A DNA stretch of 64,000 nucleotides from Clostridia bacterium. GTDB lineage: Bacteria; Bacillota; Clostridia; RGIG6154. The stretch spans positions 165,353-229,352 of the forward strand of contig JAZNOU010000012.1 of the NCBI GenBank assembly GCA_045589295.1, given 5' to 3'. The notes under the pieces are model-generated. The model worked only from the letters and a program-made list of their open reading frames with translations. It ran no database searches and was not told the origin of the DNA. The position numbers and the translations under genes are program-made. Below are positions 35,517-45,178 of this stretch, piece by piece (position 1 is the stretch's first letter; each line of letters begins with the position of its first letter).

Positions 35517-37253
35517 ATGATAAAGGAACTTTCAAAATGCATAGGTAAGTATAAATTGCCGTCAATTTTATCACCTCTTTTCATAACAGGAGAGGTTATA
35601 CTGGAGGTTTTAATTCCATTTTTGATGGCAACTATTATTGACGAGGGCATAAATAAAGGAAATATGAAGGTTGTAACGGTGACAGGTGCAGTTTTGACGT
35701 TTTTGGCGCTTTTATCACTTGTTTGCGGTGCACTTTCAGGAAAATATGCAGCGATTGCATCAGCGGGTTTTGCGAAAAATTTAAGAAAGAAAATGTTTTT
35801 TAAAATTCAGGACTACTCTTTTAAAAACATTGATAAGTTTTCAACGGCAAGCTTAGTCACAAGAATGACAACTGATGTTACAAATATTCAAAACTCTTAT
35901 CAGATGATTATACGTGTTGCGGTGCGTTCGCCGATTATGATGGTAACTTCTTTGGTTATGGCGTTTTCGGTACACACTAAGCTTTCTTTAATTTTTCTTG
36001 CAATTCTTCCTGTTTTAGGTATAGGACTTTATCTTATTATGACAAATGCTCACCCTATTTTTGAAAGAGTTTTTAAAATTTATGATAAGTTAAACACAAT
36101 CGTTCAGGAGAATTTAAGAGGTATCCGTGTTGTTAAGGCTTATGTAAGAGAAGAATACGAAAAAGATAAGTTTTTTGATGCCTCAGAGGGAATGTATCAG
36201 GGCTTTTCAAATGCGGATAAGCTTTTAGCATACAATGCGCCTTTAATGCAATTTTGCGTGTATACGGCCATGCTTTTGATTTCGTGGTTTGGTGCACACT
36301 TAATTGTAAGTGACGTTTTTACAACAGGTAAGCTTGTAACACTTATTTCCTATGTAATGCAAATTCTTCACAGCCTTATGATGCTTTCAATGATATTTGT
36401 TATGATTACCATGTCAAAGGCATCAGCTAAAAGAATTGTTGAAGTTATAAAAGAGGAACCTGATATTAAAAATCCTGAAAATCCTGTTATGGAAGTAAAA
36501 TCAGGTGATATTACATTTGAAAATGTACATTTTGGATATTCTGAAAACAAAAATTGTTTGCAAAACATTAACTTAAACATTAAAAGCGGAGAAACAATTG
36601 GCATTTTAGGTGAAACGGGAAGCGGAAAATCAAGCCTTGTTCAGCTTATTTCAAGACTTTATGACGCAACCGAAGGAAGCGTTAAGGTTGGCGGAGTAGA
36701 CGTAAGAGATTATGATATTGCCGTTCTTCGCGATGCGGTTTCTGTTGTTTTGCAGAAAAACGTACTTTTTTCAGGTACAATAAAAGAGAATTTAAGATGG
36801 GGTAACAAAGAGGCAACTGATGAAGAAATTGTAAATGCCTGCCGTCTTGCTCAGGCAGATGAGTTTATAAATTCGTTTCCTGATAAATATGATACTTTTA
36901 TCGAACAGGGAGGAAGCAATGTGTCGGGCGGACAAAAACAAAGACTTTGTATTGCCCGTGCGCTTTTGAAAAATCCTAAAATCTTAATTTTAGATGACTC
37001 AACAAGTGCGGTTGACACAAGGACAGATGCAGCCTTAAGAAAAGCATTCAAGGAGGCAATCCCAAGTACAACCAAGCTTATTATTGCCCAAAGAATTTCA
37101 TCTGTTATGGATGCAGATAAAATTATTGTTATTGATGGCGGAAAAATTTCAGCATTCGGCACACACGACGTGCTAATTAAAACTAACGAAATATACAAGC
37201 AGGTGTACGAATCTCAAAGTAAAGGGGGATTAAGCGATGGGACCGATGCCTAG
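35517..37253 (+). CDS. ABC transporter permease/ATP-binding protein (heterodimeric multidrug-type exporter, subunit 1)
   Basis: It has six TM helices plus a nucleotide-binding domain with GETGSGKSS, LSGGQKQR and ILILDDSTSAVD. It overlaps its partner gene. Confidence 0.85.
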   Translation: MIKELSKCIGKYKLPSILSPLFITGEVILEVLIPFLMATIIDEGINKGNMKVVTVTGAVLTFLALLSLVCGALSGKYAAIASAGFAKNLRKKMFFKIQDYSFKNIDKFSTASLVTRMTTDVTNIQNSYQMIIRVAVRSPIMMVTSLVMAFSVHTKLSLIFLAILPVLGIGLYLIMTNAHPIFERVFKIYDKLNTIVQENLRGIRVVKAYVREEYEKDKFFDASEGMYQGFSNADKLLAYNAPLMQFCVYTAMLLISWFGAHLIVSDVFTTGKLVTLISYVMQILHSLMMLSMIFVMITMSKASAKRIVEVIKEEPDIKNPENPVMEVKSGDITFENVHFGYSENKNCLQNINLNIKSGETIGILGETGSGKSSLVQLISRLYDATEGSVKVGGVDVRDYDIAVLRDAVSVVLQKNVLFSGTIKENLRWGNKEATDEEIVNACRLAQADEFINSFPDKYDTFIEQGGSNVSGGQKQRLCIARALLKNPKILILDDSTSAVDTRTDAALRKAFKEAIPSTTKLIIAQRISSVMDADKIIVIDGGKISAFGTHDVLIKTNEIYKQVYESQSKGGLSDGTDA

Positions 37254-39144
37254 AGGACCGAGAGGCAGAATGATGCATGGCAAAAAAGCTAAAAACCCTA
37301 AAAAGACATTAAAAAGACTTCTTGGAATAATTATAAAAGAGAACAGGTTTAAGTTTATCGGAGTTATAGTAGGAATAGTTGTAAGCGCACTTACAGGTGT
37401 TGCAGGCTCTATGTTTACAGGTGTTTTGATTGACGACTACATTGTTCCCTTAACACGCATGCAAAACCCAGTGTTTGGCGGACTTTTAAAAGCAATTTTA
37501 ATGATGGCGGTTATTTATTTCATAGGTCTTATTGCAACTTTTGCATATAACAGATTTATGGTTACAATTACGCAAGGTACGCTTAAAAAAGTGAGAGATG
37601 ATATGTTCTCGCACATGCAAACGCTCCCCATCAAGTATTTTGATACTCATTCACACGGCGATATTATGAGCCATTACACAAATGATGCCGACACACTCCG
37701 TCAGCTTATTTCTCAGAGTATTCCTCAGATGTTTTCATCATTAATTACTATTGTTTCGGTATTTTGCGCTATGGTGTCAAAAAGCATATATTTAACTTTA
37801 TTTGTGCTTGTGTTTATCTTTTTTATGACTAAAATTGCAGGTACTGTGGGACGCAGAAGCGGCAAAAACTTTGCGGCACAACAAAAAACCATAGGTAAGC
37901 TTAATGGATATATTGAAGAAACAATTCACGGGCAAAAGGTGGTTAAGGTTTTCTGCCATGAAAATGAAGCTAAACAAAAAATGGAAATGCTCAACGAAGA
38001 GCTTTGCCAAAATGCAACAAAAGCTAACACTTATGCAAATATTTTAATGCCTATTATGGGCAATTTAGGCCATCTTCAGTATGTTTTAATTGCAGTTATC
38101 GGAGGACTTTTTGCAATTTATAATGTTGGTGGGGTAACAGTTGGTGTAATTGCGACTTTTTTGCAACTGAGCAAAAACTTTTCAATGACAGTTACACAGA
38201 TATCACAGCAGATTAATTCTGTTGTAATGGCACTTGCAGGTGCTGAAAGAATTTTTGAAGTAATGGACCAAGAGCCTGAAGCAGATGACGGATATGTAAC
38301 TTTGGTTAATGCAAAATATGACGGCGAAAATTTGACAGAAACTGAAAAAAGAACAGGCATCTGGGCGTGGAAACATCCTCACGAAGACGGAAGCATAACA
38401 TATAAGGAACTTAAAGGTGACGTAAGATTTTATGATGTGGACTTTGGCTACACAGAGGAAAAAGTTGTGCTGAAAAATGTTTCTATTTATGCAAAGCCGG
38501 GCCAGACAGTTGCATTTGTAGGTGCAACCGGGGCTGGGAAAACCACCATCACTAATCTTATAAACAGATTTTATGATTTGGCAGATGGCAAGATAAGATA
38601 CGACGATATTAACATTAATAAAATCAAAAAGAGAGATTTAAGACGTTCACTTGGTATTGTGCTTCAGGATACAAATCTGTTTACCGGTACAGTTATGGAA
38701 AACATTAGGTACGGAAAACTTGATGCTACAGATGAAGAAGTTTATGCGGCAGCACGCCTTGCAAATGCAGATGGTTTTATAAATATGCTTCCACAAGGGT
38801 ATAACACACATCTTTCAGGTGACGGCTTGGGGCTTTCACAAGGTCAGCGTCAGCTTTTAGCTATCGCAAGGGCTGCGGTAGCAGATGCTCCTGTTATGAT
38901 TTTGGATGAGGCAACATCAAGCATTGACACAAGAACCGAGGCAATTGTTCAAAGCGGTATGCAAAAGCTTATGAACGGCAGAACGGTATTTATTATCGCC
39001 CATCGACTTTCAACTGTTCAAAATGCAGATGTTATTATGGTATTGGAGCAGGGAAGAATAATAGAGCGCGGTAACCACGAGGAATTAATTGCGCAAAAGG
39101 GCAAATACTATCAGCTTTATACTGGTGCATTTGAATTGGAATAA
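37237..39144 (+). CDS. ABC transporter permease/ATP-binding protein (exporter subunit 2)
   Basis: It has six TM helices plus a nucleotide-binding domain with GATGAGKTT, LSQGQRQLLAIARA and MILDEATSSID. Confidence 0.85.
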   Translation: MGPMPRGPRGRMMHGKKAKNPKKTLKRLLGIIIKENRFKFIGVIVGIVVSALTGVAGSMFTGVLIDDYIVPLTRMQNPVFGGLLKAILMMAVIYFIGLIATFAYNRFMVTITQGTLKKVRDDMFSHMQTLPIKYFDTHSHGDIMSHYTNDADTLRQLISQSIPQMFSSLITIVSVFCAMVSKSIYLTLFVLVFIFFMTKIAGTVGRRSGKNFAAQQKTIGKLNGYIEETIHGQKVVKVFCHENEAKQKMEMLNEELCQNATKANTYANILMPIMGNLGHLQYVLIAVIGGLFAIYNVGGVTVGVIATFLQLSKNFSMTVTQISQQINSVVMALAGAERIFEVMDQEPEADDGYVTLVNAKYDGENLTETEKRTGIWAWKHPHEDGSITYKELKGDVRFYDVDFGYTEEKVVLKNVSIYAKPGQTVAFVGATGAGKTTITNLINRFYDLADGKIRYDDININKIKKRDLRRSLGIVLQDTNLFTGTVMENIRYGKLDATDEEVYAAARLANADGFINMLPQGYNTHLSGDGLGLSQGQRQLLAIARAAVADAPVMILDEATSSIDTRTEAIVQSGMQKLMNGRTVFIIAHRLSTVQNADVIMVLEQGRIIERGNHEELIAQKGKYYQLYTGAFELE

Positions 39145-39155
39145 AAAGCAAGTAA

Positions 39156-39190
39156 AAAAGGTTGTAAAACTTTACGTTTTACAACCTTTT
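39156..39190. terminator. bidirectional intrinsic terminator
   Basis: A perfect 15-bp stem (AAAAGGTTGTAAAAC / GTTTTACAACCTTTT) lies between convergent genes. Confidence 0.7.
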
Positions 39191-39192
39191 AA

Positions 39193-40026
39193 TTATAGTT
39201 TATTTAAATATATTTCTTCACCTGGTTTGATTTCTAATGTAATACCGCTATTTATAAAGTCCTGATCGCTGTAAATGAGCGAGAGTGTGGTTGCGGTAGG
39301 GTTATAGATATAATTACTGTCAACCGACATAATAAGACTTTTAAATGCAGAAATGTAGTCGCAAATTTCAATGTTTGTAGCAAGCCATATATCATCACAC
39401 GCAGTTACTTTTTTGAAAATATTTTCCATTACTTCCCAGTTGTTGTCTCTGTCTAATTCATAAGCATGACCATAAATATAGAACATAGTGCATTGGTTAA
39501 ACAAGGGCGGGTTATATGCTAAGAAACCGTCACAAAGCTCCATAATTTTCGGGTTTAAAACAGAACAGGTCGGATTGAGATAATACCAATCATTTGGAAG
39601 CGAAAATTTTTCAGACTGAACGGCGGTTCTTGCATACTTGATTCCGCAGTTTTCCAAAAGAGCGGGAGTTTTACTGTTGTATGCAGTATATGGATATGCA
39701 AACCCTCTTACGGTCTTTCCAAAAACGCGTTCAAGATTTTCTCTGTCTTTAATTACTTCGTATGTAGCAGTCTGAGGTGCTACCCTGTCAAGATAAGCGT
39801 GAGTAAGGCAATGTACTGCAACTTCGTGACCTGCGTATAGCTCTTTTGCATCTTTCATGCTGGTGAATTTCTTTTCACCGCTGTTTAAGTTGAATGTGCC
39901 TTTTACACCATATTTGTTCATAAGTGCAATAAGAGGTCTATCCTGTGGCCATCCATCGTCAAAACTTAAAGTAAATGCTCTTCTTTTTCCACCCGGGAAA
40001 ATTGGGTAAATTGCCATTTTTATCAC
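39193..40026 (-). CDS. polysaccharide deacetylase (NodB-homology) family protein
   Basis: It has FTLSFDDG and HGxxH-type motifs. Confidence 0.7.
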   Translation of the reverse strand: MIKMAIYPIFPGGKRRAFTLSFDDGWPQDRPLIALMNKYGVKGTFNLNSGEKKFTSMKDAKELYAGHEVAVHCLTHAYLDRVAPQTATYEVIKDRENLERVFGKTVRGFAYPYTAYNSKTPALLENCGIKYARTAVQSEKFSLPNDWYYLNPTCSVLNPKIMELCDGFLAYNPPLFNQCTMFYIYGHAYELDRDNNWEVMENIFKKVTACDDIWLATNIEICDYISAFKSLIMSVDSNYIYNPTATTLSLIYSDQDFINSGITLEIKPGEEIYLNKL

Positions 40027-40075
40027 CTTTTTTCGTTTTTTTTCATTATATCACAGTTGGTGATGATAGTCAATA

Positions 40076-40981
40076 TTACACAAAAAATCTTCCAAAAGAA
40101 AAAAGCCCGTAGCCAAGCTGGTTGTCTTTGCCGTAAAAACCCAAATCATCGGCATAAATGTTCATAACAAGGCTAAGCTCATCAGGGGTTAAAAATCGAC
40201 CAAAGCGTATTTTAGATTTACCCTGAAGAATTGCGGCTGCACCTGAAATTAAAGGCGTTGCCATTGAAGTCCCGCTTAAAACCGCATAAGTGTTATTTTT
40301 GTAGGTTGAAAGAATATTTGTGCCTGCAGCTGCAACTTGAGCCTTTTGCCCCTGTGAAGAAAAAGGCGCTCTGTTTAAATTCATATCAACTGCGGTTACT
40401 GCTATTACCTTATCATATTTTGCCGGATATCCTATGGTGTCTTCATCATCATTGCCACCATCATTGCCTGCAGCGCCTACCAAAATAATTCCATTTTCAT
40501 AGCATTTTCTTATCATCATTTTCTCATATTCGTTGGGTTTGTCTGCTGAAAATGACATATTTATAACGTGTACTTTTTTTGAAATAAGCCAGTCAAAGCT
40601 TTTGATAATGCTTTCTGTTTCTGCGTTACCTTTCTCATTAAAAGCTTTTGCAACATAAAGGTCGCATTTTGGTGCAGCTCCCACAATGCCTATTCCGTTT
40701 TTATTTGCACATATTGTTCCTGCCACGTGTGTTCCATGACCGTTTGTGTCTTTTACATCTTTTTCATCTTTAGAGGTAAAGTTAATATATTCTTTTATTC
40801 TTCCCCTTAAATCCTCGTGGTCCAGATCTATTCCGGTATCAATTATGCCAACCTTTATGCCTTCCCCCATTGTTTCGTGCCATTCATACGTAACCCCAAG
40901 CATTTTTACTCCGTAGTCGATGGTTTCTTTAGGGAGGTGTCCTGAGGTTGCCAGAATTTTATAATCAGAAATTTTATACAT
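40076..40981 (-). CDS. S8 subtilisin-family serine peptidase (intracellular-type, no signal peptide)
   Basis: It has the catalytic Asp (VGIIDTGID), His (HGTHVAGT) and Ser (GTSMATP) boxes. Confidence 0.85.
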   Translation of the reverse strand: MYKISDYKILATSGHLPKETIDYGVKMLGVTYEWHETMGEGIKVGIIDTGIDLDHEDLRGRIKEYINFTSKDEKDVKDTNGHGTHVAGTICANKNGIGIVGAAPKCDLYVAKAFNEKGNAETESIIKSFDWLISKKVHVINMSFSADKPNEYEKMMIRKCYENGIILVGAAGNDGGNDDEDTIGYPAKYDKVIAVTAVDMNLNRAPFSSQGQKAQVAAAGTNILSTYKNNTYAVLSGTSMATPLISGAAAILQGKSKIRFGRFLTPDELSLVMNIYADDLGFYGKDNQLGYGLFSFGRFFV

Positions 40982-41048
40982 AAAAACTCCCCTTTAAAGC
41001 CAATATATGACTTTTTAAGGGGAGTTGTGATTACTATTAATTTATGAC

Positions 41049-42542
41049 CTATATTTCAAGTGAAGTTTCCGAAACAGGGAGCATAATATCTGATTTTGCT
41101 GATTTGTTCATCACTTCAATTGCAGAATCGCAAATCTTTTGTGCAAGTTTTATTATAAATTCATCGTCCATTAAAAGTGCAAGGTCACTTTGGTTTGACA
41201 TAAATGCACTTTCTACAATGATTGAAGGCATATTCGCCTTGTATATAACAATGTAACGTGGATTATCCAAAAGTCCTGCTTTTCTTAAACCAAGGGATGC
41301 GATGTTGTTATAAAAAATTCCTGAAATTTCGCGGTTTGTAATATCAGAAAATTCTGCAGTGGATGATGCGTAGCAAATTTGTACACCGTTGGCATCGCTG
41401 CTTTCTGCCGCGTTGTTATGGAGTGACATATAGAAATGTGCACCCATTTCGTTTGCTATTTCAGGACGGCGGGATACTGAGATGGCTTCATCATCTGTCC
41501 TTACCATATAGGTGTTAACTCCATTATTTATAAGCATTTCATTTACTAAGAGAGCAAGTTTGATATTAACATCTTTTTCGTAAATATCTTTGCCGTTCCA
41601 TTTCCCTATTGTGCCGACTTCGCTTCCGCCATGACCGGGGTCGATAAACAAAAGCTTGTCTTTGGCAGAATCTTTAAGGGTTAAGTGGCTTACATATGAG
41701 CCAGCCTCTGAAATGTCACTGCCTGCTGTAGTATTATTTTTAAAAGTAATAACAAGATTTTTGCCTGACTTTGAAAGAGTGTAGTTTGCAAATTCTTTTA
41801 AGTCTATAACAATTCTCGTTGTATTTTCTGAGAACTGACCGCTTCTTATACTTGAAATATTAGGGTTTTCACTTTTGTATGTAGAAGCGTTACCCATAAG
41901 TGAGCAGTTTTTAAAGTCAAAAACAATTCTTGCGGGATTTTCAAGTTTTAGAACAGAGGGGGTAATGCTTGATACACCGCTTAATGTAATTGTTGTTTGA
42001 GTGCTTGTGTCTCTTACTGAAATTTCTGACAAAAGATGCTCATTTTCAAGTTGGGGTATGTCAGGTTCCGGCTCCGGTTCGGGAGTTGGTTCAGGTTCTG
42101 GCTCAGGTAGTGGAGTTATGTCTTTACCTACTATTGAAACGGTAGAGGTGGTATCGTTCCAGCTTACCTGCATATTAAGCTCGGTTGCAACAAATCTTAC
42201 AGGAATAAGGGTTCTACCGTTAACGATTTTTGCAGGAACGTCAAGATTTTTGATGTCAGTGTTTACAACAGATATTGTTTTTTCTGCAAAGAGCATTATC
42301 ACTGTGGTGTCATATTTAATTGTAACACATTTTGTAGCAGGCTCCCATGACACTGTGGCTCCCAAATCCTCAAACACTGCTCTTGCAGGGATAAGCGTTC
42401 TTCCGTTTTCAATAATGGGTGCAGTGTCTGTTTTAACTGCTTCGCCGTTTACTTCTAAAGTAATAGCCCTGTCTGCTAAAACAGGGGTAAATATATTTAA
42501 AATAATTACTATTGCCAAAACTAGTGGTTTTATTATTTTCAT
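41049..42542 (-). CDS. N-acetylmuramoyl-L-alanine amidase (Amidase_3) with N-terminal copper-amine-oxidase-like repeats
   Basis: It has a signal peptide, two IVNGRTLIP-type repeats, a PEPEPT linker and a C-terminal Amidase_3 domain (LFIDPGHGG...). Confidence 0.8.
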   Translation of the reverse strand: MKIIKPLVLAIVIILNIFTPVLADRAITLEVNGEAVKTDTAPIIENGRTLIPARAVFEDLGATVSWEPATKCVTIKYDTTVIMLFAEKTISVVNTDIKNLDVPAKIVNGRTLIPVRFVATELNMQVSWNDTTSTVSIVGKDITPLPEPEPEPTPEPEPEPDIPQLENEHLLSEISVRDTSTQTTITLSGVSSITPSVLKLENPARIVFDFKNCSLMGNASTYKSENPNISSIRSGQFSENTTRIVIDLKEFANYTLSKSGKNLVITFKNNTTAGSDISEAGSYVSHLTLKDSAKDKLLFIDPGHGGSEVGTIGKWNGKDIYEKDVNIKLALLVNEMLINNGVNTYMVRTDDEAISVSRRPEIANEMGAHFYMSLHNNAAESSDANGVQICYASSTAEFSDITNREISGIFYNNIASLGLRKAGLLDNPRYIVIYKANMPSIIVESAFMSNQSDLALLMDDEFIIKLAQKICDSAIEVMNKSAKSDIMLPVSETSLEI

Positions 42543-42616
42543 AGCACACCTCGCTATTCTAATAATAACAGAAAAAGTGAGCTATTTCAATATTTTTCAC
42601 CAAATTTCCATAAATT

Positions 42617-43105
42617 TTATAAAGTGATACTTTCTGTATCGCTGTTGGTTAGTTTAATAAGGTCAGATGGATTAAGTTCCATTTGATATCCCGGTTTTCC
42701 CGCGCTTACCAGCATTGTAGACAGCTCAAGACAGCTTGAGTCAATAACTGTTTTAAACGGTTTTTTCATACCAACAGGCGAACACCCGCCCCTGATATAG
42801 CCTGTGATTTTTGTAATGTCGGAAAGTTTGATAAGCTCAATGCTTTTTTCACCTACAACCCGTGCACACGCTTTAAGGTCAAGCTCTTTTGCTACGGGAA
42901 CTACAAAAACAAAATGTTGCTTTGATGCGCCAACGCATACTATGGTTTTAAAAACCATATTTTGTGGCATGCCTGTTATTCGTGCAATTTCAGTTCCATC
43001 CAAAAAATCTTTGCATTCATAAGTGTGCATAACATAGTCTATATTGTTTGTTTCTAAAATTCTTAATGCGTTTGTTTTAAAATTTGCTTTTACCATTTTA
43101 ATCAC
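42617..43105 (-). CDS. ybaK: YbaK/EbsC family Cys-tRNA(Pro) deacylase
   Basis: The 162-aa product has the GGCSPxG motif. Confidence 0.8.
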   Translation of the reverse strand: MIKMVKANFKTNALRILETNNIDYVMHTYECKDFLDGTEIARITGMPQNMVFKTIVCVGASKQHFVFVVPVAKELDLKACARVVGEKSIELIKLSDITKITGYIRGGCSPVGMKKPFKTVIDSSCLELSTMLVSAGKPGYQMELNPSDLIKLTNSDTESITL

Positions 43106-43127
43106 CTGATAAAAGTATACAACAGTT

Positions 43128-43160
43128 TTAAGAAAAATAAAGCGACTTGGAAAGTCGCTT
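43128..43160 (-). terminator. intrinsic terminator (minus strand)
   Basis: The reverse complement gives the hairpin AAGCGACTT-TCCA-AGTCGCTT followed by a T-run, directly downstream of the 43159..43659 gene. Confidence 0.5.
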
Positions 43161-43659
43161 AAAAATTGATTATAACTATTTTTTTGTTAAGACTTTTTGC
43201 GTAGCGGATTGTGTATGCAGTGCCCCCTGTTGGTGGATTATCGCATATGGCAATAACAAGGGAAGAATTATCAACCATATATCTGTTTCTGGCAAAGTAG
43301 GCCTCTTTCGAGTTTTGTGAGTCAAGGATAATTTGTTCGTCACTTTGTTTTAATATGTTTTTATATCGTTTTTGCTGGTCAAATGTCCAGGAAACAGGCT
43401 GGTCTTTGTAGGGGATTGCACATATAAGTTTGATTTGTGGGTAGTTACTTTTGAGTTCCAATACCGCCTCGGCGGCCCAGGTGTCAACGCCTAGAGCCAT
43501 TCCTGTTATAAAGTTTCTATATCCTGCCATAATTGCAAGTTCAATTTTGTCATATAGTTTGTTTTTTAAGTTTACGCAATCATTGTCCGTTTCATCAAAT
43601 TTGAAAGAAAAACTCTGAGGCCGTTTTCCTGTGAAACAACAAGTTTTATTTATATCCAT
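43159..43659 (-). CDS. YpsA-like SLOG-family (DUF1273) protein
   Basis: The 166-aa product has a Rossmann-like GxALGxD motif and resembles Bacillus YpsA/UPF0398. Confidence 0.6.
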   Translation of the reverse strand: MDINKTCCFTGKRPQSFSFKFDETDNDCVNLKNKLYDKIELAIMAGYRNFITGMALGVDTWAAEAVLELKSNYPQIKLICAIPYKDQPVSWTFDQQKRYKNILKQSDEQIILDSQNSKEAYFARNRYMVDNSSLVIAICDNPPTGGTAYTIRYAKSLNKKIVIINF

Positions 43660-43790
43660 AATTCACCTCGTAAAGTAAGATAAATAAATTATAGTTTATG
43701 AGATTATTAAAGTCAACAATATGTTGAAAGTTACACAACGTAACATATTAAATGTAACAAATTGTTACAATAATGTCAAGAGGTGTTTTG

Positions 43791-43994
43791 ATGATCGGGT
43801 TAAAGAAAGTAAGGCAGGAAAGAAACTTAAATCAGCTTAAGGTTGCTATGGATTTAAATATTTCACGCGAAGCACTTTCGCATTATGAAACGGGAAGACG
43901 TGAGCCGAGTATCGATATGTTAAGAAAACTGTCGGCATATTTTAATGTATCAATAGATTATCTTATAAACGGTAAAGAGTTTTCTGGAAAATAA
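43791..43994 (+). CDS. XRE-family helix-turn-helix transcriptional regulator
   Basis: It has an HTH_3 motif (LNQLKVAMDLNISREALSHYETGRREP). An ATG at 43791 follows an AAGAGGTG ribosome-binding site. Confidence 0.75.
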   Translation: MIGLKKVRQERNLNQLKVAMDLNISREALSHYETGRREPSIDMLRKLSAYFNVSIDYLINGKEFSGK

Positions 43995-44085
43995 CTTTAT
44001 AGAGCGAAAAATTTACAAAAACATCTTTACAAAATAAAAATATTGTGATATAATACCATTTCGTGAGGGCGATACGCTTTAACAT

Positions 44086-44161
44086 GCACCATTAGCTCAG
44101 TTGGTAGAGCACCTGACTCTTAATCAGGGTGTCCGGGGTTCGAGCCCCCGATGGTGTACCA
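44086..44161 (+). tRNA. tRNA-Lys (anticodon CTT), CCA-encoded
   Basis: The 76-nt cloverleaf has a GCACCAT acceptor, a TAGCTCAGTTGGTAGAGC D-arm, an anticodon loop CTCTTAA, a GGTTCGAGCCC T-arm and a 3' CCA. Confidence 0.9.
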
Positions 44162-44192
44162 AAGAAGAACACGATAGTGTTCTTCTTTTTTT
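44162..44192 (+). terminator. intrinsic terminator after tRNA-Lys
   Basis: The hairpin AAGAAGAACAC-GATA-GTGTTCTTCTT is followed by eight T. Confidence 0.75.
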
Positions 44193-44269
44193 ATTCTTTG
44201 CGTTGCAAATTGTAGTAATGTGTGATAAAATAAAGTTTAAAGAAAACAAAAAAATGGCTAGGTGGCAGA

Positions 44270-45085
44270 ATGGGGAAGTTTGAAGGAATTTTAATTTGCA
44301 CCGATTTGGATGGGACACTTTTTAAAAATGACAAAACCATTTCAGAAGAAAACATAAAAGCGATTGATTATTTTAAATCTGAGGGTGGAATTTTTACATT
44401 TATAACAGGGCGTATTGCTTTTCTTGCTACCGATGTTTATAATATGATAAAGCCAAATGCACCTGCAGGGTGTATTAATGGCGGAGCACTTTTTGACTAT
44501 TGTAGAAATGAGTATATTTTTAAAACTGCTATTTCAGACAGATGGAGAGAGATTATCCAAGAGGTTGAAGAAATAGTACCAGAGGTGGGAATTCAGATAG
44601 TTTGTTATGAAAATGTTTATTTTTACAGAGAAAACGATGCTGTAAGGCAATATAGAAAAATGACAAACTTGCCACACCTTACTTGCCACTATAATGACAT
44701 AACAGAGCCTGTAGCAAAAGTGCTTTTGGTTGATTCAAATGAGGATAATCTTAACAAGGTAAAGAAGTTTTTAGAAAACCACCAACTTTTTGATGAATTT
44801 GATTGTTGTCGTTCTGAAAAAACACTTTATGAAATTCTCCCTAAAGGCGTCAATAAAGGGAATGGTCTTAAAGAAATTGCAGCTTTTACAGGTGCAGTTA
44901 AAACCATTGCAATCGGCGATTACGATAACGATGTTTTAATGCTTGAAGCTGCAGATATCGGTGTTGCTGTTTCAAATGCGTGTGAAAAAGTAAAAAAAGT
45001 TGCCAATTACATCACGGTAAGCAACCAAGAAAGCGCAATAGCTAAAGTGATTTTTGATATCGAAAATGGAGAAATAAAGTTCTAA
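44270..45085 (+). CDS. Cof-type HAD-IIB family phosphatase
   Basis: It has a DLDGTL motif I and a C-terminal GDxxNDxxM motif. Confidence 0.8.
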   Translation: MGKFEGILICTDLDGTLFKNDKTISEENIKAIDYFKSEGGIFTFITGRIAFLATDVYNMIKPNAPAGCINGGALFDYCRNEYIFKTAISDRWREIIQEVEEIVPEVGIQIVCYENVYFYRENDAVRQYRKMTNLPHLTCHYNDITEPVAKVLLVDSNEDNLNKVKKFLENHQLFDEFDCCRSEKTLYEILPKGVNKGNGLKEIAAFTGAVKTIAIGDYDNDVLMLEAADIGVAVSNACEKVKKVANYITVSNQESAIAKVIFDIENGEIKF

Positions 45086-45178
45086 TAGGAAATAAAAAAT
45101 TAATATATTAAGCCTTAACTCGTGAGGACTGATTGCATTAAATGCGAGAAGGGTATAGCAAAGGAGAAATTATAAATT

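Noticed and set aside
44101-44318. ORFs 44101..44283 (+) and 44124..44318 (-) overlapping the tRNA-Lys
   Set aside because: They overlap a well-formed tRNA and its terminator, so they are spurious.
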